From positions 32,007-96,006 of the IMG/VR virus record IMGVR_UViG_3300044701_002494: a DNA stretch of 64,000 nucleotides; one strand, written 5' to 3'. The translations under genes were made by a program, and so were the position numbers. The stretch comes from a virus. Of this stretch, positions 48,901 through 59,171 are shown in pieces. The notes beneath the pieces were generated by a model. It saw only the letters and a program-made list of their open reading frames with translations. It searched no databases and was not told the DNA's origin. Numbering within the stretch: the first letter of the stretch is position 1; each line of letters opens with the position of its first letter.

Positions 48901-51900
48901 CGATAGTTTGATTATCAAACTCGGAACTTATGTCATCAATTGGAAGAACCCTATTCGTTAAGTTAACAATATAATCAGATAATCTTAATTTTAAGAATTC
49001 TAAAAACTTTGATTTGTCATCTAAAACATCAACGTCTCTTGCAAGAGCAAAATTATAAATTGTGTCTATTCTAACCGATCGAATATAATTATTCAATAAT
49101 GTAATGGTAGAAGTCGTTCCTATTCCCACACCAAAACTAGCATTTCTTAATAATTGAGTGTCTGCAAAATTTTTCAATCCACTACTGTGCAGTAGATTAT
49201 TTACTGGAGTTACAATTTCTTCCCATGTTTTACTACTCTTCACAGAATACGATAAATTTTGATAATAATCATTATCGGAAATAAATTGAGTATCATCACT
49301 TAACTTTCCTATTTCATTTTTCCATCCGTAATTTTGTAAAGCAAAGTGATCAATATTATATTTTCCTGAAGTTGATTCTTGAGAACTAACGGTTGCCAAG
49401 TTGTATGAACTCAATCCTTGTATTATTTCACCTGCAGATAAGTCATAAGTACCGTTAACTCTAACAAAGTTTTCATTAGAATTTGTTACTATTAAATCCG
49501 TTTCAATAAGATTAGATCCATCATATAGAGAAATCTTTTCACCTACAAAAAATGGAGAAAAAATTTGATTAACTTTAAATTTAGGATAATCTGAATATCT
49601 AACTATTGTTGCATATCCATTTTGCACTTCTATAGGAGTACCTGGATTATTAGATGGAAGATCAAATATAACTTTTGCTGGATTTAAATTTAAATAATTC
49701 TTAACCACAAAAAAGTCATATCCATAATCAGAAGAATTGAATCCATCTCCTGCTGAAGTTTGTTTTTGAATATTTTCTACGAAAATTTTATCACCAATTG
49801 AAAATTGTGGAGTATTAAATCCAGAAAGTGGAGTTACTAATGTGCAAGTAACTTCTGATCCGCTTATTTCAACTTTTTGAATTGAATATCCATTACTATT
49901 ATTAACTGCTCTGATTGTAACAGGATTATCAGGCAATCCTTTCGGATTAGACTCAATAATTGTAGATTGAATTGAACTTCCAGATAAAACTGCTTTAATT
50001 ATAGAAGATTCAATTAATTCGCCGGTGTCTGAATTTATAACGACTAAATTTGGTGGAAAATCATAATTTTTTCCACCATCTAATATAGAAATACTATCAA
50101 TAGTATTTGATGAAACTATTGAGATTATTTTAGGTATAGAAGTAGTTGGTCTAAGAGTTTTGTCGGAAGCATATTCAAATCCTTCATTTACAATTCTTAA
50201 CTCTTTTATTTTTCCAATTGTATTAGATAATGGTAAAGCAACAAAACCATAACCTGTTTCAGAATCTGTTCCCACAAACTTAGGTAAACTTTCATATCCA
50301 AATCCAGAAGACTCAATTTCAACCTTATAAACTCCTCCAGTTTCTCCTACTTTTTTGGTTGAATATTCCAAAAGATCACATTGACTTTGAATATAAGATA
50401 ATCTTTCGGGTATATTTTTTAAGGAGACTGTAAATGTTGTTTTTGAAGTTCCAACACTAGTTATAGTATATGAACCATTATATACACTATCTCCTAATAA
50501 TATTTCAGAGTAATTATTGACATCTTTGTCTGGGGAAAGAACTTGACCAGAGTATTCTAAAGCATAATATAAAGATTCTGGGAAGTTGTCGGAATAATTT
50601 ATTACCAAATATCCATCCACTCCGGGAGTTCCAGTAGTATAAATGGAAAATTCATTAGAATTTCCTATGGAATTAAATTCTTTTGTGAAATTTTTATCAT
50701 AAAAAATCTTAAGTTTGTATCCAACTAAAGAAGAATCTGTAAGGTTGAATACTAAATTATTATTCCTTATAATAGAGATTCTTGGGTTCACCGAAGATAA
50801 TGAATGAATAAATGTTCCTGTTCCTGTGATATCTACAGTTAAAGGTGGCGAACTAATTGGATCTAAGTAAGTTTCGCATAGACTAATATTATTTTTATCA
50901 ATTACATAAACATAGTAGAATCCAGCAGATAATCCTGTTGCAACTATTCCTGTTGAATTGTAATATACTTTATCACCTGTTTTTAAGTTATGTGATGTAA
51001 TATTAATAAGATTTGTTTCGGTATTAATTTGAGATGGAGTGAAAGATATTGGATTTGTCAAAAGAGTATTAGTATTACTTTCTCTCTTTACATAAACAAA
51101 ACTAGACGAACCTACACCAACTGAAAGATCTGGTTTAACCCTCAATATAATATTATCATTTTCATTTAAATTATGTGCGGTTGATACTGATACAACACTC
51201 TCAACTCTAGAAACATCTGCAGTAATTTGATTTAAAGAAGTTTCTATTGAATATCTATAGTTATTAGATCCAGATGAAAGTAAAAATAGACCATTTGTTG
51301 TTGTTGTAAAACCAACACTGGTAACAATTCCAATCAAGTCCTTTGATTTTTTAATTACATATAAAGTTTCAAAATTTCCATCTAAAATATTAAAAGAATT
51401 AGACGTCGATGTGTTGGCAACAGAAATGGAAGAAGCACCTTCAGGTTTTCTAAGAATAACTTGTTGATTTGTAGAGAACTTGTGATTTGGCAAATATATG
51501 CTTTGAGTAGGAATAAAAACAGTTTGAGAACTATCTCCTATTTTGAAAGTTCTTTCTACACCTACTCCGGATGTTGTTCCCACACCAACAGATTGTGTGG
51601 GATTAAAATATGTCTTATAATTATTCTTAGATTCAAAATAATCTATTTTTTTATTAACTGTAAATGAATTAGGTAAGAATTCTATAGGTGAAGACTGAGT
51701 ATGAGCAACTCCTGAAGAAGACCTATAAACTTTTAAAATACCATTTTCTGGATAAGAATTCAAAATTGAAAATAGTTCATTTTCAATCTTTATACTACTA
51801 CCTGCAGAAACATCAGATGGAATTGAAGATACATAAATATCGGTCACAATACCTGTCAAAGCATATGCTGGTATTTCTTTTTCTAAAGAACTATTATAAG

Positions 51901-54900
51901 TGGTTACACCAATTTTATAAGATCCATTTATTTTCGATATTTGTGTTGATAATCCAGTAATGTTTATATTATCACCATCAATAAAATTATGATACGGTGA
52001 AACATAAACTTTTACTAAATCATTAGATTCCCAAGTAATTAAAGAATTCGTATAAGAAGATACTGAAGTTTGTATGTCAATGATTTCTTTTCCTTTTATT
52101 TCAGAAACTTTTACAGATAATCCCTGCCCACCAGTATTAGTATTATCAAATAGTATTTCATCCCCAACAGAATAGTCATATCCAGACTCTAGAATATTAA
52201 CCTTTGAAATGTTTCCTTTACTTACAGATTCAATAAGAGTTTTTTGATTGATAATTTCATTAGATTCTGTTATAAAATCATAATTTGCATATCTTTCATT
52301 AACTTTATATGGGAAAGTATTTCTAATTAAAGGCGAATTATTGAAATCGAAAGAGTGATCTAGTTCTTTATTTTCCTCTAAAATTGATGAGCGATATTTA
52401 TTTCCTATGAAATATGGAAATTTTCCATAAATTTGCCCATCAGTTATTTGAATAGAAGCAAAATACGCATAAGTTCCGTTGGGAAATTCTGGTGTTACGC
52501 AATATCTTCCATTACACTCATCCAAATCTCCGTTTCCAACATAAGAGAAGTCTTCAACAAAAAATCCTAAAGGGAAAGAAACTAAATCTAAACCATTTGT
52601 TCTAGAAGGTGAATATCCAGACTCTAATAGTTTAACAAACGATTCGGAATCGCTAGGGTTACTGTAACCAAAAGGACCATAAATTGGATTTCCATCATAA
52701 GCCCACCCAATAATTGGTGAATGTGTTTGATTTTGCTGACCATCGTCACCAAGATAATCTTTTATTTTTTGAGAATAACCAGAAATAACATATTGCAAAT
52801 TCTTTTTAGATGGAACTAGTGCCTCTGAAGCAAATATTCGATCAAAAATATCATAACTACCAGAAGATCCGTATAGGTAAGAACTATTTACAATCCAAGA
52901 CTTGATATTGGATTGAAATACTGATTTTTCTCCGGCAGATTTAACAAAAATTGTGGTATCAGTTTCCAAATATCCTATACCAGAATTTATTACAACAACT
53001 CTAGATATTTTATTATTAACAATAATTGGTTGAAGAATTGCACCAGAACCACTCCCATTAACAATTAAATCTGGTGTCGAATAATATTCACTTCCACCAT
53101 TTAAAACTATAACCTTAGAGATAGAACCATTTATTATAATGGGAATCAACTGAGCATTTTTTCCAATTTTAACTTCAATTTTAGGTCTTTGGTGAACATT
53201 TATTGAAGAAACACCATAACCAACTCCACCATCATAAACATAAACTTGTGATATTTTTCCTCTGACTATGGGAGTTGCATTTAAAGTCCCTCTTACTTGT
53301 GTACTTCCCAATCCAACTACAGAATAGTTAATAGACAATGATATATCTGGATACTTGAAAGTTTGATATCCGGTTCCGGAATTGTTAAATTTAACGTAAT
53401 TCTTTCTTTCATAATTTACACTTATTGTTCCTCCAACTCCAGCATTGCAAAGTCTAAAGGAATCTTCATCAACTTTTAAAACGTAATACTGATTTGAAGT
53501 GGAAAGACCCGATATTACTGAAGTCTCATAACTATAATTTACCAACTCCCCATCAGAAAATCCGTGATCGATATAATTAATAGCATTTTCACTTGTAGAA
53601 ACTGCAGAAGGAGAAACTCTAAGTTTCCTATTAGTATATCCTTCTCCACCATTAACTACTTCAATTTCGGATAAGTTATTTTTTACTTCCGTTTTAAACT
53701 TATGAATACCTGCATTACCAATTGTTGTAAATCCAACTGTATTAATTCCACTAATATAATCGGAGAAAGATTGATATAATCTTATTGCACTATCATTAAC
53801 AACTTCACTATAATAAATTGCGTTATTTTTTAAACTTTTTGATTGGTTATTATTAGATCCATTATAAGTTCCAATACCAATTTCAACATTACCATTACTA
53901 TCATATACGATTGGTTGACCATTAACTAAATTATGCTTTTGTGAGAAAAGTATATACTCATCAGTGTAACTTAACCCCCCACCAAGTGAAATATCTCTAG
54001 CATTAAACTCTATTTCTCTCCTATATTTTTTAATGATAGGTTTAAGTTGACATCCTTTACCATTTCCACCACTTAAAGAAATTGAAATTACAGAATTTAA
54101 ATCAAAATCTTGCGGTTCAACATATACCCTTTCAACAGATCCTGTTACAACTGGTTGTAAAACAGCATCTCCAAAAGAAGGTTCTATATAAGGGGGATTA
54201 ATTACATCAAAATTTCTACCACCATTTAAAACCCTTACATTGTCAATAGGTCCATAATATACTTTATCATTAGTCTTATAGTTATAAATTTCTACACCAT
54301 TTTTCAACATACCAGTTGTTCCTGGTAGAGTTTCATAAACTATATTATCATCTAAATTATTATCAAGTTTAAACTTTTTAAGAACTTTTTGCGGTGATAT
54401 TAATCTATTAGTTTGAATACCAATATCATAAGAAGGTAAAGAATTTGATGCAACATACATATACTCAGAATTTTCATCATAAACGTTCAAAACATCTGAC
54501 ATAATAATATTGTTTCCAAATTCTATTGAAGACACAGAACTTGATGCTGTATTTAATTTTCTTCTAATGTCATAATCTTTTAATGGATTTAAAACATTAG
54601 TATTCGTATTAATTTCAATCGTTTTATTACCTACATTAACTACGGTTGCAGATGAAATTGCAACAGTTTCATTATTTCTTTCTAAAATTTCAATAGTATC
54701 CCCAATTTTTAAACTAGACTTATCAATATCAGATTTGACAGTTATTCCAATACCAGAATAAGAATCTATTTGATCTCGTGTACTTGTATTATAAAACCAA
54801 GAATTTGCAAAAATTTCTTTTTTATTAGATGAAAGATTCTGAATTTTTTCACCTACATTTAATGGGTAAAATTCATCATTAACCAAGAAATTAAAATCAT

Positions 54901-56140
54901 CATCATCCAAAACAACATCGGAAATAACTCCAGTAATTCTAAATTCAACTTTCTTAGTTTCATCTCCATTTTCATAACCATAATAAATTTCATCTGAACG
55001 AACAATATCAGTTTTACTAATAGTTGTAGTTGCTATTCCAACATAACATCCTAAAAATTGATTAACTGTTTTATCCGAATAGATAATTTCATTATCTCCA
55101 CAGTAAATTTTTCCAGATTCTGGAAATCCGATTGTTGAATCAACACTAATTACAGTTTCTCCAATTCCAAGAGGTTCAATAGTAGCATTTTGTGTAACTT
55201 TTGAACTACCTGTTATGTTAAATGATCCAGTAATTGATGAAAAAGTATCATCATAACCAACAAAAAGTAAAAGTTTGTAATATATTTTTCCCTTTCTAAA
55301 AATAGTCTCAACTTCAGAAACTGCTGCACTTGTAGAAGTATCATTATTCTTATAGATTGTTTGACCACTAAGTAAAGTTGGATTTCCTGAGATTAAATCT
55401 ATGACTGCAACTTTTCTTCTTAAATATTCTGCATCTGATGATTTTGATAAAAACTTCTCCAAATCAATGACAGATGCATTTTCCCCATATAAAACATTAA
55501 AAAGAATTCTAAAAGACTCTGGTGTTCCTTTAGTTTCATAAAGGCTTCTAGATTCTTTTATAAAGTTACCAACATTTAAATCTGAAACAAAGTCAACAGA
55601 TTCTAAACCTGGAGTTATTGTATATTTTATTTTTTTATAAAATTCTTGTAAAAATAATGAACTAAGATTTTCAACTCTAGTATCAGAGACATGTTCTGCT
55701 GAAGTGGATTTTGAAAAAACTAGTTCCCCAGGATCTAATTCACTATGATAATTTGTAATTCCACTAAATCCACGAATGCAACCAGTAAATGATGCTGTTG
55801 TTATTCCAGTGTACGTAATGATTTCATCATCAATTTTTAGTAAACCATAAGATTTTGGAAAACCTTTAGTACTAGTTACTACAATAGTTGTATCATCAGT
55901 ATCAATATCAGAAGAAAGAGTTGTTGAACCAACAATAACTTCCGGTGTTAGATTATCAACCTTCAAATATTGATCTAAGTTTTCTGCAATATCAATCGGT
56001 CCAGATTGATATTCTTGAGAAATATAATATTGTTTTAAAAACTCAGAAACTTTAGGACTCTCATCAAATAAAAATTCTGGAATTTGACTTTCAATAATTT
56101 GTTGAATTTTTACTCTAGATTCAAAACCAGTTTGTATCAT
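45938..56140 (-). CDS. gp7: Baseplate wedge initiator (giant gp7-like)
   Basis: 3400 aa; FLKQYYISQE, YETKGT..SFRILF, YYQNLSYSVKS, LLHSSGLKNF; between gp6 and gp8. Confidence 0.8.
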   Translation of the reverse strand: MIQTGFESRVKIQQIIESQIPEFLFDESPKVSEFLKQYYISQEYQSGPIDIAENLDQYLKVDNLTPEVIVGSTTLSSDIDTDDTTIVVTSTKGFPKSYGLLKIDDEIITYTGITTASFTGCIRGFSGITNYHSELDPGELVFSKSTSAEHVSDTRVENLSSLFLQEFYKKIKYTITPGLESVDFVSDLNVGNFIKESRSLYETKGTPESFRILFNVLYGENASVIDLEKFLSKSSDAEYLRRKVAVIDLISGNPTLLSGQTIYKNNDTSTSAAVSEVETIFRKGKIYYKLLLFVGYDDTFSSITGSFNITGSSKVTQNATIEPLGIGETVISVDSTIGFPESGKIYCGDNEIIYSDKTVNQFLGCYVGIATTTISKTDIVRSDEIYYGYENGDETKKVEFRITGVISDVVLDDDDFNFLVNDEFYPLNVGEKIQNLSSNKKEIFANSWFYNTSTRDQIDSYSGIGITVKSDIDKSSLKIGDTIEILERNNETVAISSATVVNVGNKTIEINTNTNVLNPLKDYDIRRKLNTASSSVSSIEFGNNIIMSDVLNVYDENSEYMYVASNSLPSYDIGIQTNRLISPQKVLKKFKLDNNLDDNIVYETLPGTTGMLKNGVEIYNYKTNDKVYYGPIDNVRVLNGGRNFDVINPPYIEPSFGDAVLQPVVTGSVERVYVEPQDFDLNSVISISLSGGNGKGCQLKPIIKKYRREIEFNARDISLGGGLSYTDEYILFSQKHNLVNGQPIVYDSNGNVEIGIGTYNGSNNNQSKSLKNNAIYYSEVVNDSAIRLYQSFSDYISGINTVGFTTIGNAGIHKFKTEVKNNLSEIEVVNGGEGYTNRKLRVSPSAVSTSENAINYIDHGFSDGELVNYSYETSVISGLSTSNQYYVLKVDEDSFRLCNAGVGGTISVNYERKNYVKFNNSGTGYQTFKYPDISLSINYSVVGLGSTQVRGTLNATPIVRGKISQVYVYDGGVGYGVSSINVHQRPKIEVKIGKNAQLIPIIINGSISKVIVLNGGSEYYSTPDLIVNGSGSGAILQPIIVNNKISRVVVINSGIGYLETDTTIFVKSAGEKSVFQSNIKSWIVNSSYLYGSSGSYDIFDRIFASEALVPSKKNLQYVISGYSQKIKDYLGDDGQQNQTHSPIIGWAYDGNPIYGPFGYSNPSDSESFVKLLESGYSPSRTNGLDLVSFPLGFFVEDFSYVGNGDLDECNGRYCVTPEFPNGTYAYFASIQITDGQIYGKFPYFIGNKYRSSILEENKELDHSFDFNNSPLIRNTFPYKVNERYANYDFITESNEIINQKTLIESVSKGNISKVNILESGYDYSVGDEILFDNTNTGGQGLSVKVSEIKGKEIIDIQTSVSSYTNSLITWESNDLVKVYVSPYHNFIDGDNINITGLSTQISKINGSYKIGVTTYNSSLEKEIPAYALTGIVTDIYVSSIPSDVSAGSSIKIENELFSILNSYPENGILKVYRSSSGVAHTQSSPIEFLPNSFTVNKKIDYFESKNNYKTYFNPTQSVGVGTTSGVGVERTFKIGDSSQTVFIPTQSIYLPNHKFSTNQQVILRKPEGASSISVANTSTSNSFNILDGNFETLYVIKKSKDLIGIVTSVGFTTTTNGLFLLSSGSNNYRYSIETSLNQITADVSRVESVVSVSTAHNLNENDNIILRVKPDLSVGVGSSSFVYVKRESNTNTLLTNPISFTPSQINTETNLINITSHNLKTGDKVYYNSTGIVATGLSAGFYYVYVIDKNNISLCETYLDPISSPPLTVDITGTGTFIHSLSSVNPRISIIRNNNLVFNLTDSSLVGYKLKIFYDKNFTKEFNSIGNSNEFSIYTTGTPGVDGYLVINYSDNFPESLYYALEYSGQVLSPDKDVNNYSEILLGDSVYNGSYTITSVGTSKTTFTVSLKNIPERLSYIQSQCDLLEYSTKKVGETGGVYKVEIESSGFGYESLPKFVGTDSETGYGFVALPLSNTIGKIKELRIVNEGFEYASDKTLRPTTSIPKIISIVSSNTIDSISILDGGKNYDFPPNLVVINSDTGELIESSIIKAVLSGSSIQSTIIESNPKGLPDNPVTIRAVNNSNGYSIQKVEISGSEVTCTLVTPLSGFNTPQFSIGDKIFVENIQKQTSAGDGFNSSDYGYDFFVVKNYLNLNPAKVIFDLPSNNPGTPIEVQNGYATIVRYSDYPKFKVNQIFSPFFVGEKISLYDGSNLIETDLIVTNSNENFVRVNGTYDLSAGEIIQGLSSYNLATVSSQESTSGKYNIDHFALQNYGWKNEIGKLSDDTQFISDNDYYQNLSYSVKSSKTWEEIVTPVNNLLHSSGLKNFADTQLLRNASFGVGIGTTSTITLLNNYIRSVRIDTIYNFALARDVDVLDDKSKFLEFLKLRLSDYIVNLTNRVLPIDDISSEFDNQTIEFETFYKGIPIFSKVFDPSDNTIIDSVGAENTGTINIDNHFFVTGEELTYSPGNGGTSMGIGATSDYLGIVTTILPNRLWAIKTDVNSFKVSTRPEYASQGIAVSFTSVGVGTEHQIEMYNKNEKSLIAVNNMVQYPIAYTSLLYTLSGNGGQIGIGTTVFALSGITSIIPNDLLKIENEYVVVENVGFGTTSIGPITFTGSVPLVEVTRGALGSVAVAHTDTTESRVYRGSYNIVGNKIFFTESPYGETEETSGFSTSSNLPLQKSQFHGRVFLRNNYSTNLIYDDVSDQFNGIGQTFTLKNKGNDVTGIGTDGSNGIVFINGVFQAPTTQNNSGNNFSIQEDTISGISSIVFTGVKLGNGDQYTSITDVNLNQIPRGGIIISYGSTPGLGYAPLVGASATAIVSGGTIIGIGISNIGSGYRSPVPITVTESGHTGSVGSITATVGVGGTLSFNLVSGGSGYTNPIISIPSPSYENLPVIGVSRLGVGATTETGSGLLLNVEVGASSTSVGIGSTLFEVKSFNIVRNGYGFKRGDVFKPVGLVTDKGLSSPVSEFEITVLEEFNDSFGSWQFGELDYIDSIKEYQDGVRKRFPLYYNSQLLSFEIDETNEDSALIDFSSLLVIFINGILQQPNEAYTFEGGTSFSFIESPKEEDEIQVFFYRGTSGTDSKNVSVEESLKIGDTIQVFSNNNLIENTTTQEKRIVYDITKTDTLETNLYYEQGIDEVNYKPISWEKQKRDLIIFGDSVSKSRDSLEGQVYPTANIIKDITTLSTEIFVDNSELFDYENDLDNLNAIIINHSAQQASGNVEIIKDITSVQGKVVNIVGIATTTGIGGHPLALEFAVSENPSLSVGYAIYVSGTGVGSGVTSVDSNDSNIVSISTSFVNNVYYVHASSSGIVTCNIASNTSIVGIATTGTSNAPVGKLSWGRLSGFTRSSSPISIGVSGYTSSIGITSEGYSAGLTTYPIIQRRGNGLRYTGALVKNDP

Positions 56141-58053
56141 TATTGTTCCTCTTTGATAATTCTATTTAAAGTCCCGTTTGAATAACTCGATGTATAATAA
56201 TCTCTAGTAAATATCACTCCAGACGTATCTTCTCCAGATGCTATTACATCCTTTACCATATTTATTTCACTTTTTGAAATATCAAGAGAAACATAAAGAT
56301 CCTTTAAACCAATCACATCATTAGACTCTGGAAATGCTTGAATTTCAATAATATCATTTCCTATTTCAGAAGATGTAATAATAATGGAATTGATGATGAT
56401 TTCACCTTTTTCATAGTTTACAGTTCCAACAGATCCAGAAATAAAGTTTGCAGGTGAATTTGGATCGGTTGTTTTTTCTGCAAGAAGCAATAAACCAGTT
56501 TTCCCATCAGGATTTGGTTTATCTGTAAAGTATAATGTATCTGGATAAGATTCTATCGTAAATCCTGTCGATTTAATATTAAATCCCGATTGATTTACAT
56601 GAAACTTATTTCCAAAACATAATTCATACTGTGTCTGCCTGTTTAATAATACTTTTAGATCTCTTCTAATTCTAATTCTTGTGATATTTGAAGTTATTGC
56701 TTTATCCGTATTATCAATTATTTGTAAGGATTTACTATACTTGAATCTTCCTCCAAATTTATTTAAATCTAATGATTGAGAGTATTTTTGTAAATTTGAT
56801 TTAATTTTTGTTTTTAAGTCAGAAACACTCCCAACTTTAGCATAATCATAATAGATGTAAGAGACTAACTCAACATAAAGAATTTTAAGATCTACAATTT
56901 TATGATTAATCCCCGCCATACTATACTGTTTTAATTTTGTTGCAATTTGCAACTTATCAAAATCTGAAACAAAAGTTCCATTTTTTGGTTTAATGCTAAT
57001 CAAAACCGTCCCAAATTGTGGCGGATCTAGTTCTTCACCACCAACTACTGCAACAGATTCTGTATTTGGGTAAACTTTATTTTGAATAATTGCTTCATAA
57101 TCACTTGAAGTAACTGCTCTAAACTGAGAAGAATAAAGTCTTGGGGCAAAATACTTGATTGAACTTATGGATTCTGCATCTCCCCCATTAATTGATTTTT
57201 GAACAGTTGTGATTGTAGAAACTGTTGGGCTAACGGCAACATTATTTTGATTTGTAAACGTTCCCTGGAACGCAAAATTAGTAGCATTATTTCCATCTTT
57301 ACCATCAGTGACTATGTACCTAACAGTGATTTGAGCCCCATTTTCTAATTTTTTACCAAAATACCCATCACCAAATAAGATTTCATATTTCTCATCTTGA
57401 ACTTCTTGTATTAAATAAATTTCAGAATTTGAATTTACATTTACAATATTTTCAACAAGAGAATATTTTTTACCAAGACCACTGTCGGAGGATCCTTTAA
57501 CATAAACAACGATGGAACTGGTATCAACATAAGAATTATCAATAATAAATCTTTGATCAAGAGATCCATCCACAATGAAAGACTTAGTTAAAAACGTTCC
57601 CTGATATACTGTTATATCACTAAAAGATGCGACACCATCTACAACTGGTTTTGTAATGCTTTCCGTAATTGCAAAGGTATAAGAAGTCTCATCAGCATCT
57701 CCTACACAAACCAAGTTTGGTTCTAATGTTAACTGACTAACTCCTTCTGTTGGCGTTGCAGTAAATGATATGACAGCTTCTGACGCTTTTCTAGATCTTG
57801 GCACGTAACCTATATTTCTTGCAAGAGAAACAACGTTTTCTCTTACGGTTGCAGAGTCTAAAAATGACTCATTAACCGTCATATTAGTGTTGTATGCAGT
57901 AATATAAGTGTTATATGCAAGAAGATCGATTAAAATAGAAAAATTAGAACCTTCAAAATCAAAATCTGTAAAATTAGAATTTGCACGAAGGTAATCTTTA
58001 ATTGATGTTCTTATTTGATCAAAGTCTAGATTAGTAAATTTAGTGAAAGGCAT
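56140..58053 (-). CDS. gp6: Baseplate wedge subunit
   Basis: LDFDQI, FTDFDFEGSN, ESFLDSA..RENVVSLAR, RAVTSSDY. Confidence 0.95.
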   Translation of the reverse strand: MPFTKFTNLDFDQIRTSIKDYLRANSNFTDFDFEGSNFSILIDLLAYNTYITAYNTNMTVNESFLDSATVRENVVSLARNIGYVPRSRKASEAVISFTATPTEGVSQLTLEPNLVCVGDADETSYTFAITESITKPVVDGVASFSDITVYQGTFLTKSFIVDGSLDQRFIIDNSYVDTSSIVVYVKGSSDSGLGKKYSLVENIVNVNSNSEIYLIQEVQDEKYEILFGDGYFGKKLENGAQITVRYIVTDGKDGNNATNFAFQGTFTNQNNVAVSPTVSTITTVQKSINGGDAESISSIKYFAPRLYSSQFRAVTSSDYEAIIQNKVYPNTESVAVVGGEELDPPQFGTVLISIKPKNGTFVSDFDKLQIATKLKQYSMAGINHKIVDLKILYVELVSYIYYDYAKVGSVSDLKTKIKSNLQKYSQSLDLNKFGGRFKYSKSLQIIDNTDKAITSNITRIRIRRDLKVLLNRQTQYELCFGNKFHVNQSGFNIKSTGFTIESYPDTLYFTDKPNPDGKTGLLLLAEKTTDPNSPANFISGSVGTVNYEKGEIIINSIIITSSEIGNDIIEIQAFPESNDVIGLKDLYVSLDISKSEINMVKDVIASGEDTSGVIFTRDYYTSSYSNGTLNRIIKEEQ

Positions 58054-58054
58054 T

Positions 58055-58456
58055 TTATCTTGTTGCCTCTACGATAAATGTAAACTGTTGTGTTGGAAAT
58101 TCTTGTCCTATAATTTCAAAAGAAACTGTCACTTCAAATTCATTTGTATCCGGACTTGGATAAACATTTACAGAAACATTTTCAACTCTTGGTTCATAAT
58201 TTTTAATTGTAACTTTAATTTGCTCTTGAATTGTTGAAGCCGTTGCATAGTCAACAAAATTAAACAAACTTGAACGAACTTCTGAACCCAGATTGGGGTT
58301 AAAAAACCTTTCTCTGGGAATTGTCTCAACTAAATTCCTAATAGAGCGAATAATTGCACGTTCATTCTTCAAAATTGGCAAATCCTTTGTCACAGGATGT
58401 GGTTCAAAGGATAGACTAATATCTTTAAATGATCTAGATATCCTTTTTTCGACCAT
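58055..58456 (-). CDS. gp25: Baseplate wedge subunit
   Basis: FKDISLSF.PHPVT.D, ERFFNPNLGS, NYEPRV. Confidence 0.93.
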   Translation of the reverse strand: MVEKRISRSFKDISLSFEPHPVTKDLPILKNERAIIRSIRNLVETIPRERFFNPNLGSEVRSSLFNFVDYATASTIQEQIKVTIKNYEPRVENVSVNVYPSPDTNEFEVTVSFEIIGQEFPTQQFTFIVEATR

Positions 58457-58486
58457 AAAAAATTAAATTTCCTGATTTATTTAGGT

Positions 58487-58738
58487 CTATTTCCAAGAAA
58501 TACCATAATTTGGCTCAGTTCCATATTGCCAATCATCATAATCTTCTTGATTTCTAATTTTTTGATGCAATTCACTCTGCTCTTTTAAATGATGTTTATG
58601 CTTTGGAACATCATCGTGCATAATTTCCTGAATTGTTTGTTTTTGAGATTCTATATTGGAATAATCCGTAATCAATTTTGTGGTCCCCCACATTTGATAC
58701 ATATAATTTTGATCTCTATCGACGGGTAAATTAGACAT
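58487..58738 (-). CDS. Hypothetical protein
   Basis: 83 aa; AGGAG SD; MWGTTKLITDY. Confidence 0.65.
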   Translation of the reverse strand: MSNLPVDRDQNYMYQMWGTTKLITDYSNIESQKQTIQEIMHDDVPKHKHHLKEQSELHQKIRNQEDYDDWQYGTEPNYGISWK

Positions 58739-58805
58739 TTTAACTCCTGTTTTAATGAATAAAACAGAACTTTTATAAAGGAGGTTTCTATCTCCTTATT
58801 TCTAT

Positions 58806-59162
58806 TTAACGATCGATTTCACGGAGAGAATAATTATCAGAATTTAAGTATTTTAGTATCTCTAAAGCGATTAATTTTGGATTTCCATCACCGCAAGTGT
58901 AAACATCCACTGCCAAACACCCATTTTCAGGCCAAGTGTGGCAGGAAACGTGACTTTCTGCGAGAGCAATGACGACTGTACATCCTTGAGGTATAAAACA
59001 GTGCGAAAACACGTTTAAAACGGTCATTTTTGCACGCTCAATACCCTTTAACATAATATTTTGAAGCGATTCTACATCATTGATTGCTTCAAAATCAACA
59101 TCATACACCTCTAGGAGCAGGTGTCTGCCCATTGAAAAGAATTTCAATTCAGTTTTACGCAA
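58806..59162 (-). CDS. speD: S-adenosylmethionine decarboxylase-family pyruvoyl enzyme (start probably 59132)
   Basis: GRHLLLE, F.PQG.T, LAE/SH self-cleavage site, HTWPE, DVYTCG. Confidence 0.9.
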   Translation of the reverse strand: MRKTELKFFSMGRHLLLEVYDVDFEAINDVESLQNIMLKGIERAKMTVLNVFSHCFIPQGCTVVIALAESHVSCHTWPENGCLAVDVYTCGDGNPKLIALEILKYLNSDNYSLREIDR

Positions 59163-59171
59163 AAAATATAT

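Noticed and set aside
58770-58800. preQ1-I riboswitch-like hairpin with A-rich tail
   Set aside because: Loop is too short, lacks the expected conserved residues, and there is no queuosine-related gene downstream
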